This document shows positions 40,530-51,355 of a stretch of DNA of 64,000 nucleotides, piece after piece. The DNA is taken from NCBI RefSeq assembly GCF_006345805.1, contig NC_043010.1, positions 63,364,001 through 63,428,000 of the forward strand. Reading direction: 5' to 3'. The translations under genes were made by a program, and so were the position numbers. Position 1 is the stretch's first letter. Every line of letters begins with the position of its first letter. The notes below the pieces were generated by a model, which was given only the letters and a program-made list of their open reading frames with translations, was not told where the DNA came from and did no database searches. This DNA is from Octopus sinensis. Lineage: Eukaryota.

Positions 40530-41011
40530 CATACATACACACACAATGATACACACATGCACATATATATATATATATTATACACACACACATAAATATG
40601 TATACACACATATATGTGTGTATATAAAAGTAAAGGAATCTCCATCAATCTGCCTGTGAGTGTTTGAGCTGTTCAATCAAAGAAACAACCTTCTCCAATA
40701 ATTAGCATGTAAGTGGCTGAGTAACCACAGGCATGTGTAGCCTTAACATAATTCTTCACCAGAATCAACGTGACACAGACTCTGGACAAAGTTGACCCTT
40801 CAAATCACAGCAAAACCCTACACGACAGGCCTCAACACGTTTTAACCAACTGAATTTCACTCCTAGGGCTTGAGTCAACCGGAAAATCATTAGCCATAAT
40901 TGGCTGCAGAGACAAAAGAAAAAAAATAATTAGTGACAACTGCATAATTAGTGGTATCTTGGGCTAATGTCTCTGACTGAGAGCCTGCATGCATGCATTT
41001 AGGTATGTATG

Positions 41012-41068
<57 letters not shown>

Positions 41069-41381
41069 TAAAACATACAAAATTAAGAGGAATGACCACC
41101 AAAGTGGACTCCTAATATTTCGTATATTTTCATTTGTTTTGCTCATTTTTACATTTTGGCATTTTGCTGAAATTTTTCTTGAGAACACATTCTTCGGGGT
41201 AATGGTAATTTGAAGTCTATATTTAGCATATTAGGAGTCCACTTTGGTGGTCATTGCTCTTAATTTTCTATGTAATATAATTTTTAATCTTCAGATTTTT
41301 TAAATATTCTAAGCCACTGGTTTTAATTGATTAATATCAATTTCTCTCCTCATTATTTAATTTATATATATGTGTGTGTGC

Positions 41382-41418
<37 letters not shown>

Positions 41419-41434
41419 TGATAATGCACACATG

Positions 41435-41480
<46 letters not shown>

Positions 41481-41496
41481 TGATAATGCACACATG

Positions 41497-41568
<72 letters not shown>

Positions 41569-42052
41569 CATACATACACACACAATGATACACACATGCA
41601 CATATATATATATATATTTATACACACACACATAAATATGTATACACACATATATGTGTGTATATAAAAGTAAAGGAATCTCCATCAATCTGCCTGTGAG
41701 TGTTTGAGCTGTTCAATCAAAGAAACAACCTTCTCCAATAATTAGCATGTAAGTGGCTGAGTAACCCACAGGCATGTGTAGCCTTAACATAATTCTTCAC
41801 CAGAATCAACGTGACACAGACTCTGGACAAAGTTGACCCTTCAAATCACAGCAAAACCCTACACGACAGGCCTCAACACGTTTTAACCAACTGAATTTCA
41901 CTCCTAGGGCTTGAGTCAACCGGAAAATCATTAGCCATAATTGGCTGCAGAGACAAAAGAAAAAAAATAATTAGTGACAACTGCATAATTAGTGGTATCT
42001 TGGGCTAATGTCTCTGACTGAGAGCCTGCATGCATGCATTTAGGTATGTATG

Positions 42053-42100
<48 letters not shown>
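40021..42100. repeat. Near-identical tandem duplication with a unit of about 1.04 kb
   Basis: About 40021-41059 repeats as about 41060-42100 (offset 1039 rising to 1041). The only differences I found are single-base homopolymer indels. Confidence 0.92.
40040..40228. repeat. Inverted repeat with 40-bp arms and 1 mismatch (second copy at about 41079-41267)
   Basis: AAAATTAAGAGGAATGACCACCAAAGTGGACTCCTAATAT versus ATATTAGGAGTCCACTTTGGTGGTCATTGCTCTTAATTTT. Confidence 0.9.
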
Positions 42101-42107
<7 letters not shown>

Positions 42108-42635
42108 TATATATATGTATATATATATGTATATATATATATGTATATATATATATGTATATATATATGTATATATATATGTATATATATATGTATGTAT
42201 GTATGTATTATTCATAAATAAGAATGTTGGTGGCAGTAACTTTGAAGTTTTGGTCAGGTAAGCCATCACATCAGACGATGGCTTAGCTGGCCAAAATTTC
42301 AAAGTCACTGGCAACAAGATTCTTGTATAGAAATCATAAAATTGTACTCTACAAAAGTATAGAGTAACCCTTAAGATTAATGTAAAGTTGTTTTTATTAT
42401 AACTGAACATAAATAAATATATATTTATATATATATTTATAAGTACCAGTCGAGCATTGGGGTCAATGCAATCAATTTACCCCAATCCACGAGCTTACTG
42501 GCTTTATGCCAAACTTTGAAACCAGATATATATATATATAATAATAATAATAATAATTTGAGGGAATATTATTCCAAACTTACAGGGAAAAATTCAATTT
42601 AGAAATACTAAATCAAATTTCACAAAATATAATAA

Positions 42636-43128
42636 ATATAAATTAGAAAAAAACCACCTTTTATCAATTCAAAATGAAAAATTAAATTACACCATCTATA
42701 AAATTACATATAATAGAAATATTAAATATATGATAAAAAATATACCGATGATTAAGTAATGTGCAAAATAAAACGCATATATTTGGTAGAATAACGACAC
42801 GTGTTTCGTGGCTATATTTAAGAAATGATTATAGTAAAAATATTAGTAGTAGTAGTAAAATCACTTCAATATAAATATAGCCACTCATCAGGTTAAAAAT
42901 AACTACAACAATAAAATAATTAATTAATAAATATGCGTAAATAATCTTTTAAAATATAAATATATTCTTTAAAATAGATATCTGTATATCTATTATTTTG
43001 CACATTACTTAATCACCGGTATATTTTTTATCTTATATTTAATATTTCTTTTATATGTAATTTTATAGATGGTGTAATTCAATTTTTCATTTTGAATTGG
43101 TAAAAGGCGTTTTTTTTCTAATTTATAT
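42636..43128. mobile_element. Penelope-like/retrozyme-type non-autonomous element: about 135-bp inverted arms around a hammerhead
   Basis: 42636-42770 is the reverse complement of 42994-43128 with fewer than 10 mismatches. Flanked by TA/TAA repeats. The terminal motif ATAAATTAGAAAAAAACCAC is shared with 14896. Confidence 0.7.
42792..42895 (-). ncRNA. Type I hammerhead ribozyme with an intact core
   Basis: Minus strand: TAAC-CTGATGA-GTGGCTATATTTA..(51 nt)..TAAATATAGCCAC-GAAAC-ACGT-GTC-GTTA. Perfect 13-bp stem II, distal helix GAAGUGAUU/AAUCAUUUC, palindromic ACGU stem III loop, GUC triplet and 4-bp stem I. Confidence 0.85.
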
Positions 43129-43415
43129 ATATATACATACATATATATAGACACACATATGTGTATATATGTGTGTGTGTGTGTACCTATACACCATGCA
43201 TAAAGACAGGCAGGCAGTGCAAATACTCACACATTCAGCTGGAACAAGATATCCAGGAATATTGCTGTCCACCACAAAAGTACAGTAGACTCACAGTATT
43301 GACTGCCTTTCTCTCTCTCTCTCTTTCACATATACAGAAAAATGTCTGAATACTAGTTTGTCTAATGGTAAACACTGGCCGTCATTCATGCCAGACATTC
43401 GTTATCCTAAATGAA

Positions 43416-44751
43416 CTACTGAGGATTTTGTAAGCCAGTACTGGGGTACAAAATTGGCCAAAGAATCGTGCTCATCGGAGTGTATTCTTTGATGTTTTTA
43501 CAGGAAGGCGGCTTGAGAAAATTGTTTTTGGCAGGTAGCTTCTGGGGTCGTTTCATTAACTGCAAATCATCCATCTCTGTACAATGTGGTTTCGAACAGA
43601 TTTCAGTGTTTAATGGCATTTCAACGGAGTGAGGGCTCTGCTGAATGGGTAGACCTAATCTATTGGGTAAGTGCTGGGTGCAAACCTCGCAGTTGACAGC
43701 ATCATTGTGAATAATATGAATACGTTTATGTATTGTCAACTCATCCTTCTTCATAAACTGCTCGTAACAAATCTCACACTGGAAGGGTTTCTCTCCCGTA
43801 TGACCTCTCCGATGAATTTGCAATTTATCCTTGCGAGCAAACTGTTTGGGACAAATATCACAATGGAAAGGTTTTTCCCCAGTATGTGTCCGTATATGAA
43901 CCTTCAGATAATATCTCTGAGAGAAGTGCTTCGGACACAATTCACACTGGAATGGCTTCTCCCCCGTATGTGTGCGCTTATGGATCTGCAACTTATCTGA
44001 CCGAGCAAACTGCCGGGAACAGATGTCACAGTGATACGGTTTCTCTCCCGTGTGGGTCCGTTCGTGGATGAGCAATTTGTCTCTCTGGACGAATTGCTTT
44101 GGGCAGTAATTACAATTAAACAGTTTCTCACCTGTATGTGTCCGTCGATGCAACTGCAGCTTGTCACTCCGAGAGAACTGCTTCGGGCAGAACTCGCAAT
44201 GGAAAGGTTTCTCCCCCGTATGGATCCGTTCGTGGATTTTCAGTTTGTCTCGTTGCACAAAACATTTCGGACAATAACTACAATGATACGGTTTTTCTCC
44301 CGTGTGGGAGCTGTTGTGAATTTTCAACTTGTCTTTCCGAGAAAACTTCTTTGGGCAATATTCACACTGGAACGGTTTCTCCCCCGTGTGAATTCGCTCG
44401 TGGATCTGGAGTTTGTCTCGGTGGACGAATTTCTTTTCACAGAACGTACAATGAAACAGTTTCTCCCCCGTATGGATCCGTCTGTGCATTTCCAAAGTAT
44501 TTCGACGCACAAACTGCTTCGGGCAAAGGTCACAGTGATAGAGTTTGGAACACACTTGAGATTTTGAAGCAATAGGCATGGCCTTGCTTATGACTGGCTG
44601 CTTTTGACAAATAGGACCACTTTGAGACTGTTGCTGATGTTGTTGCTGCTGCTGCTGCAGCTGTAGATGTTGCTGATGCTGTGTCTGCTGTTGTTGAGGT
44701 GGTTGTTGTTGCTGCTGCTGCTGTGGCTGTTGTTGTTGTTGCTGCTGCTGT

Positions 44752-44789
<38 letters not shown>

Positions 44790-44793
44790 CTGT

Positions 44794-44840
<47 letters not shown>

Positions 44841-44851
44841 TTGCTGCTGCT

Positions 44852-44885
<34 letters not shown>

Positions 44886-45290
44886 CTGCTGCTGTTGTTG
44901 TTGTTGCTGCTGTTTCTCCCCCGTATGACTCCTTTCGTGAGTCGGTATGTAGCAGTTCTGTGACAGTTGTTTGTTGTAGACATCCACATGGAACAGCTTC
45001 TGGTTGTTGGTGACGAGCCCATGGGGCTGGAGGTAGCAGCCCTGCACAAACTGGCTGTCGTAGATGTTGTTGTGCAGGGGCTTCTCCCCAACATGAGCAA
45101 TCCTCTGTGACGTCATGGTGCTTGAGACAGAAGGAAATTGGGCTTTACTGCAAATATCTGCAGGGTTTAACTTAACACTGGAAAACTGAGACTTATTACA
45201 AACATCTCTGACCCCTGATTTGTCATTTGTGTATTGAGTTTTGCTACAAACATCCCCAGAAATACCCTTTTCTCTGTGAAGTTTCTCCAT
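43416..45290 (-). CDS. C2H2 (Kruppel-type) tandem zinc-finger protein, 624 aa, single coding exon, with a polyglutamine tract
   Basis: Uninterrupted ORF. Ten CxxC-x12-H-x3-H fingers joined by TGEK(P/L) linkers (43716-44540), 62 consecutive Gln codons, and degenerate fingers at both ends. A candidate acceptor TTCTCAG lies 20 nt upstream of the ATG (exon start 45310). Confidence 0.95.
44727..44912 (-). repeat. Mixed (CAG)n/(CAA)n coding repeat, 62 Gln
   Basis: Alternating blocks of CTG and TTG on the + strand, in frame within the zinc-finger ORF. Confidence 0.95.
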
Positions 45291-46424
45291 ACTTTATATA
45301 ACAAATATATCTGAGAAGTAAAAGGTTTAGTATTTAACAGTCTCTAGTAAACCTTAACGTAGCACTGAATGGCACCATCAGAATGGTAACTGGTAGTTCT
45401 GGCAGGAAAATTCTCTTTCACTTCTCAAAGAAACAGTTGGAAGGCTCTAGCAAAACAATCTACAAAAGAAAAAGAACAAAAATTAATTTTGTTTTAAAAA
45501 ACAAGATGAAAAAAATAAAACAAGATTTACAAGATAAAAAAAAAATGATTTTTTTGCGAATTGGGCAGTAGGTGTGTACAATTATATATCTTCAAAGAAA
45601 TTCTAAAAGAGCAGGGGATTCCAAATCTCTGTGATCCCATTTTAGTAAATCAATAATCGTCTCCAACCCTGTGTTCAATATTCCCCCAGCCCCCCCAAAA
45701 CCATAAAACGAAACAAAACATAACAAAAAACAAAAATTATCAAAAAATGATTAAAATCAGGGAAAATATTCCTTAGTTTCTGTTTGCATTAAATGTTGTG
45801 TTGTTGCATAATGTATTCATGGATATTTCAAAAATAAAAGATTTCTATCTCTGAAACCAATGTTGTCTCCAACTCTCACCCATTTCCAATCGAGGTAATA
45901 TTCATCCCCCACCCCACCCACACACACCCTGCTAATCCTTTGAACCCAAACAATTCAATGACCAGACTTGTTTTTCACCAGATCTTGAAAGCAAACTGCA
46001 TAATTTTCTTCTATTTGCATGTCTTTCTTTGCAACAAGAGAGCAAAAGTCAAGACAAGAAGATACAAATGCACACAAATATATCATTCGGTTTGTAAGAT
46101 TCTTGACATGAAATTGAGTGAGAAAGAGAAGAGACAAAATGGAATAAGCAGAACAAGAGGAGACACATGGGATACACAGTTGCCAGAGAGGTCACAGGGA
46201 TGTGTGAGAAAAGAACTTTGACAAAGAAACCAAACTAATAGTAATAAAGCTGAAGTGAAGACCAAATAGACAGTGCAGGTGTTTAATTGGCAAAATATGA
46301 CCATCCCAAAGTATATATACACATACACACAAACATATATGTGCCTGTGTGTTTGTTTCCGTCTGTCCAATTCATACAAAAAAGGCATCAGTGGGGCTGG
46401 GCAGGGCTGGCTCAAGGTACTTAT

Positions 46425-46582
46425 TTCTTTACTACCCACAAGGGGCTAAACACAGAGGGGACAAACAAAGACAGACAAATGGATTAAGTTGATTACATCG
46501 ACCCCAGTGCGTAACTGGTACTTAATTTATCGACCCCAAAAGGATGAAAGGCAAAGTCGACCTCGGCGGAAATTGAACTCAA
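46425..46582 (-). mobile_element. SINE family D, 5'-truncated
   Basis: Matches the tail of 25938-26168. Confidence 0.8.
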
Positions 46583-47234
46583 GGTACTGACAACTTGGGT
46601 AGTTGCCTGGGGCACCAAGGAGGGCATCAGCTTGTACTTACCACACAGCCACTCCTAATGATAAATAGGTTTGAATGATCTTGTTAAGCCACAGTGATTA
46701 ATCAGTAGAGCAGACATTTACTAACATAGCTATACACATGCTTGTCTAATTATGTCTGTAGACACACACACGAGGCAAAGGATATGCATACAATGAGTCT
46801 GTGAAGTCCTTCGTCACTCATCCGACTGGAGTATCGAAGAGATGTGTGTAGGGTAACAAACGGAAGACACATTGAACTGGATTAAACTGTAAACTTATCA
46901 GTTGACCTCTTATTCAACATGCAAATGAAATTGGACTTAACAGTTCTCGATACATTATTTCTAGAAACACACACACACAGAAGAAAAAATGATAGGATGT
47001 TCATAACTGGAATGTGTTTGGTGACAGGCTGGTGCAACTACAGATTCCTTGGTGCAAAAAAACAAGAGGAAGAATATTTTGTCTTATATTGCTAATTCAT
47101 CAGACTTTGTCAGTAAAACATGCGTAATGATAAGATAACAATATGTTTGTTGTGTGACCTTGGAATGCTGATTAGACATGTAATATGCATTGCAGTGAGC
47201 CAGCAGATAAAAATTCTGTGACTGCATTTCACAC

Positions 47235-47279
<45 letters not shown>

Positions 47280-47282
47280 CCA

Positions 47283-47504
47283 CATGTGATCACATGACCG
47301 ATCAGACCATCAGATGTTGTTACACATCGCTGGTCACAATGCGTTCGCATTGTTTAGCCTTCGAATGTTTTAGCCACCCTGCTGGCTAAGCGAACAGGCC
47401 AACAGAAGAAAGAGTGGGAGAAAGAGTGGTGAAAGAGTACAGCAGGGATCCCCCCCCCCTGCCGGAGCCTTGTGGAGCTTTTTAGGTGTTTTCGCTCAAT
47501 AAAC
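47283..47504 (-). mobile_element. SINE sharing the family A 5' region but with a different tail, 5'-truncated
   Basis: GTTTATTGAGCGAAAACACCTAAAAAGCTCCACAAGGCTCCGGCAGGGG is as in family A. The tail GGCCTGTTCGCTTAGCCAGC...CATTGTGACCAGCGATGTGTAAC also occurs at 60503-60615. Confidence 0.75.
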
Positions 47505-47842
47505 TTGTTTAAAGGGCGGAGAAACATTGGCCGCCCGAAGCTGAGGTACAGGGATGTGTGCAGGAGGGATATGAAGGTACCTGGCATCAACACCAATTCC
47601 TGGGAGGATCTCGCAACCGACCGAACCAGCTGGAGAGGCACTCTTCACAAACAACTGCAGACCGGCGAAGAGAATTTGAGGGTGGCGGCAGCTGAAAACC
47701 AAGCCAGATTCAACGTTTAGGTGTGACCACTGCAAATGAGACTGCTATTCTTGCATTGGTGTCTACAGCCACAGGAGGCATTGCAAAAACTGAATAGACA
47801 ACTCAATGGACGGATGACATCATCCATGACCAAAAGACGCCC
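47505..47842 (+). mobile_element. 3' end of an RTE-clade LINE (pseudogenized)
   Basis: GRRNIGRPKLRYRDVCRRDMKVPGINTNSWEDLATDRTSWR, then a C-terminal Zn motif FRCDHCK*DCYSCIGVYSHRRHC with an internal stop. Confidence 0.85.
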
Positions 47843-48052
47843 TAGTGGTAATACTTGTTTACAACCATTATGTAATGTCAAGACAAGGGTACACAGATAC
47901 CCGTGTATGCATATACACACGCACCTACTATATAAATGCAAGTCTAAGTAATTAAGTAATTTGATTTTCAAAATCTGCATCCTAAAGAGAGGGTGTCCAT
48001 AAATAATTATAAAAAATATAATTTTTCACAAGAAATAGCTTAACTTTTAGAT

Positions 48053-48231
48053 CAGTGCTTTTCAAACTTTTTGCAGGAGCAGAACCCCAAGGAAACATTC
48101 CACTGGCTCGAGGAACCCATGTGCAATAATTTAATAGTCTTATGCACACATATCTGCACAGGAGACTTAAAAATTACTGCCAGTTTTAGCAATTTTGTAA
48201 CTTCTTGCGGAACCCTGGTTGAAAACCACTG
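48053..48231. mobile_element. hAT-superfamily MITE
   Basis: TIRs CAGTGCTTTTCAA / TTGAAAACCACTG, flanked by a perfect 8-bp target-site duplication TTTTAGAT (48045-48052 and 48232-48239). Confidence 0.9.
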
Positions 48232-48378
48232 TTTTAGATTGACAACTCCCCTACTCTCTATCTGCCGCCATGAATGTATCTCTCTCAATTATTTAGCACA
48301 CCCTTTATCAATCTCTCTCTCTGTATATGTATTATCTCTCATACACTGCTTTCGTTTTATTTAAAACTATGCTCTTTT

Positions 48379-48774
48379 TACTCTTTTATTTTTATTTTTC
48401 AGTCATTTGACTGCAGCCATGCTGGAGCACCACCTTTAGTTGAGCAAATCGATCCCAGAAAATATTCTTTGTAAGGCTAGTACTTATTCTATTGGTCTCT
48501 TTTGCCAAACCACTAAGTTACAGGGACATAAACACACCAGCATCAGTTGTCAAGCGATGGCTGGGGGGACAAACACAGACATACACACACACACACACAC
48601 ATATATATATGCGACGGGCTTCTTTCAGTTTTCGCCTACCGATTCCACTCACAAGGCTTTGGTTAATCCGAGGCTATAGTAGAAGACACTTGCCTAAGGT
48701 GCCATGCAGTGGGACTGAACCCGGAACCATGTGGTTGGTAAGCAAGCTACTTACCACACAGCCACTCCTGCGCC
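48379..48774 (-). mobile_element. SINE family C (full length)
   Basis: Reverse complement of 13069-13451. Confidence 0.9.
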
Positions 48775-49364
48775 TATTACGTCTTCTAACGTTTACTTTC
48801 ATTTTATGATAGCTATGACACACAAATCCTGTTTTCTGACTGGGTAAAAATGATGAAGCATTAAACCTCTGTAGCATTTTCCAAAAATTTTCCTGGAATC
48901 AGAAACTCATATGTGGTGTGAAAAAGTACATCAACATACCAAATTTGAACATTTTCATTTAGTATTAAAATTTCAAAATCTGTGACGGCAACAGAAAACA
49001 TGTCTATCTCTTTCATTTTTCGCTTTTTTTCATGGTAAACTTTCCCCGTCTCCATACATTTTTAGCACACTCTCTCTCACTCTTTATAAAAGTATATTTC
49101 TCATGGGAAGTGTGTGTGTGTGTGTAAGGAATTACATTACAGCGACAAAGTGATTTAAAAAAGGTATGTAAAAGATAATTTGATTTAATAGTATACTTTT
49201 CTGTTAGTATATAGGTTATATCTTACACCCACTTGGACTTGGCTGATGCAGAGAAGGGGTTAAAAATTTATATTACTAATTTTTGTTGTTTAAATCCCAG
49301 CAACGGACCACCACATCATCATTCCATAAAATGTGTTAGTTGGGAGAAAAAGATTGAAAACCAT

Positions 49365-49486
49365 TAATACGGCCATATCACGTTGAAAGCACCGGTTCTC
49401 ATCTGATCACTGAAGTTAAGCAACGTCGAGCCTAGTGAGTAATTAGATGGGTGACCGCTTGGGAAACCTAGGTTCTGTAAGCGTTT
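49365..49486 (+). pseudogene. 5S rRNA pseudogene
   Basis: TACGGCCATATCACGTTGAAAGCACCGGTTCTCATCTGATCACTGAAGTTAAGCAACGTCGAGCC...GATGGGTGACCGCTTGGGAAACCTAGGTTCTGTAAGC has the eukaryotic 5S layout and length. The 5' helix I end is lost, apparent CpG-to-TpG/CpA changes are present, and it is a solitary copy. Confidence 0.88.
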
Positions 49487-49498
49487 CACACTTTTTAT

Positions 49499-49881
49499 AG
49501 GTGTAGGAGTGGCTGTGTGGTAAGTAGCTTGCTTACCAACTACATGGTTCCAGGTTCAGTCCCACAGCATAGCACCTTGGGCAAGTGTCTTCTACTATAG
49601 CCTTGGGCCGACCAAAGCCTTGTGAGTGGATTTGGTAGATGGAAACTAAAAGAAGCCCGTCGTATATATGTATGTGTATGTCTGTGTTTGTCCCCCCACC
49701 CAACATCGCTTGACAACCGATGCTGGTGTGTTTACGTCCCCGTTGCTTAGCCGTTTGGCAAAAGAAGACCGATAGAATAAGTACTAGGCTTACAAAGAAT
49801 AAGTCCTGGGGTCAATTTGCTCGACTAAAGGTGGTGCTCCAGCATGGCCGCAGTCAAATGACTGAAGCAAGTAAAAGAGTA
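49499..49881 (+). mobile_element. SINE family C (full length)
   Basis: Colinear with 13069-13451. Confidence 0.9.
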
Positions 49882-50594
49882 CATGTCAGAATAACAAAGA
49901 AACGAGGAAGGTATCAGGCGGTCGTGGGATGTGCTAGAAACAACAGCTAACCCTACCTTAAATCACACACCTTTCTGCCTGAAAACCATTTTGATATTAT
50001 ACACAGAAACAAATTGCAGATTTGTAATGTCTGAATTTTAAAACTATGATTAAAAAGAATTTTAGAAAAAGCTGAAGTTTTACAACTTATAGAAGATCAG
50101 AGTTAATGAAAAAATGAAAAAAAAAAAAGATCTCTCTGTTGTTTTTAAATTACATTTCATTTTCAATTCGAAAATAAAGGAAGTGGGAATTTTAATGGTG
50201 ATTACCAATTTCCAAAAACTTGTGTAATGCAAAAAAAAAAAAGGCCCAACTCAGTACTGAGTATGTGTGTGTGTGTGGGGGGTTTGAAACAAGTTTTTTA
50301 AAAAATCGAAAAAGGCATCTCCCATTGTTTTTAAGAATGTAGTGGGGGAAAAAAATTAAACAAAAAATATCAGTCGAAAAGGAGGGGAAGTGAGGATTCG
50401 TAAAATTTCAATCATTTTTTCACAAAAACCTTCCTTCTATCATTTGCAAGGGTGTAGTGAGAGAAAAATTTGAAAATTTTGCGTCAAAACGGAGAGAACC
50501 CAACTTATAAGGGCGTGCTATTCTTAAAGTCCACCAAGGCATTCTATTGTGAAAATTACCCAGCAACGATGTGATATTCAGCTTGTATATATAT

Positions 50595-50785
50595 ATCATC
50601 ATCATCATCATTTAGCGTCCGCTTTCCATGCTAGCATGGGTTGGACGGTTCAGCTGGGGTCTGTGAAGCCAGAAGGCTGCATCAGGCCCAGTCTGATCTG
50701 GCAGTGTTTCTATGGCTGGGTGCCCTTCCTAACGCCAACCACTCCGTGAGTGTAGTGGGTGCTTTTTACGTGCCACCCGCACAGT
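50595..50785. mobile_element. Family B repeat, partial
   Basis: (CAT)n plus family B core. Confidence 0.85.
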
Positions 50786-51199
50786 TCCATATATATATAT
50801 ATATACATACACGAGTAAGTATATAAATGCAAAACAAGGTGAAAAAAAATAGTACTCAAGTACCAGATGTAGAGTAGTATATTTTTTAAAATTAAAACTG
50901 CAAAAACTCCAGAAAAAAAACTGTTACTCAGTTTTACGTTTCCTTTCGTTGGCAAGTTGTGACCAAAACTTCATCACAACAGCTTTTTTGTAATGTTTTT
51001 GCAGCTTTGATAAAAGTATACATACATACAAATTGAGATAGGGGTTGTAAATGCAACCCTCTATGGGATAACATATATCCAATATACTGCTAGTGAAGTA
51101 CCCAACAAAGTTAATACATAAATGTTAATGATTGCGATGCAATCAATTCATTTACTGTATTATATGGGCAAAGGTAAAATGATTTACCACAAATTACTA

Positions 51200-51355
51200 A
51201 TACAAGATAAGAAAATGGAGAAATACATCTAAATCAAACATCAATTACCAGATAATACTCAATCACATACTTTATTAAACCACCACATGTGATTGAGTAT
51301 TATCTGGTAATTGATATTTGATTTAGATGTATTTCTCCATTTTCTTATCTTGTAT
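51200..51355. repeat. Near-perfect hairpin: 69-bp arms, 1 mismatch, 18-nt loop
   Basis: 51200-51268 is the reverse complement of 51287-51355. Confidence 0.92.

Noticed and set aside
43671-45100. Opposite-strand and alternative-frame ORFs over the zinc-finger gene
   Set aside because: They are shadows of the 84-nt finger periodicity and the CAG/CAA tract.
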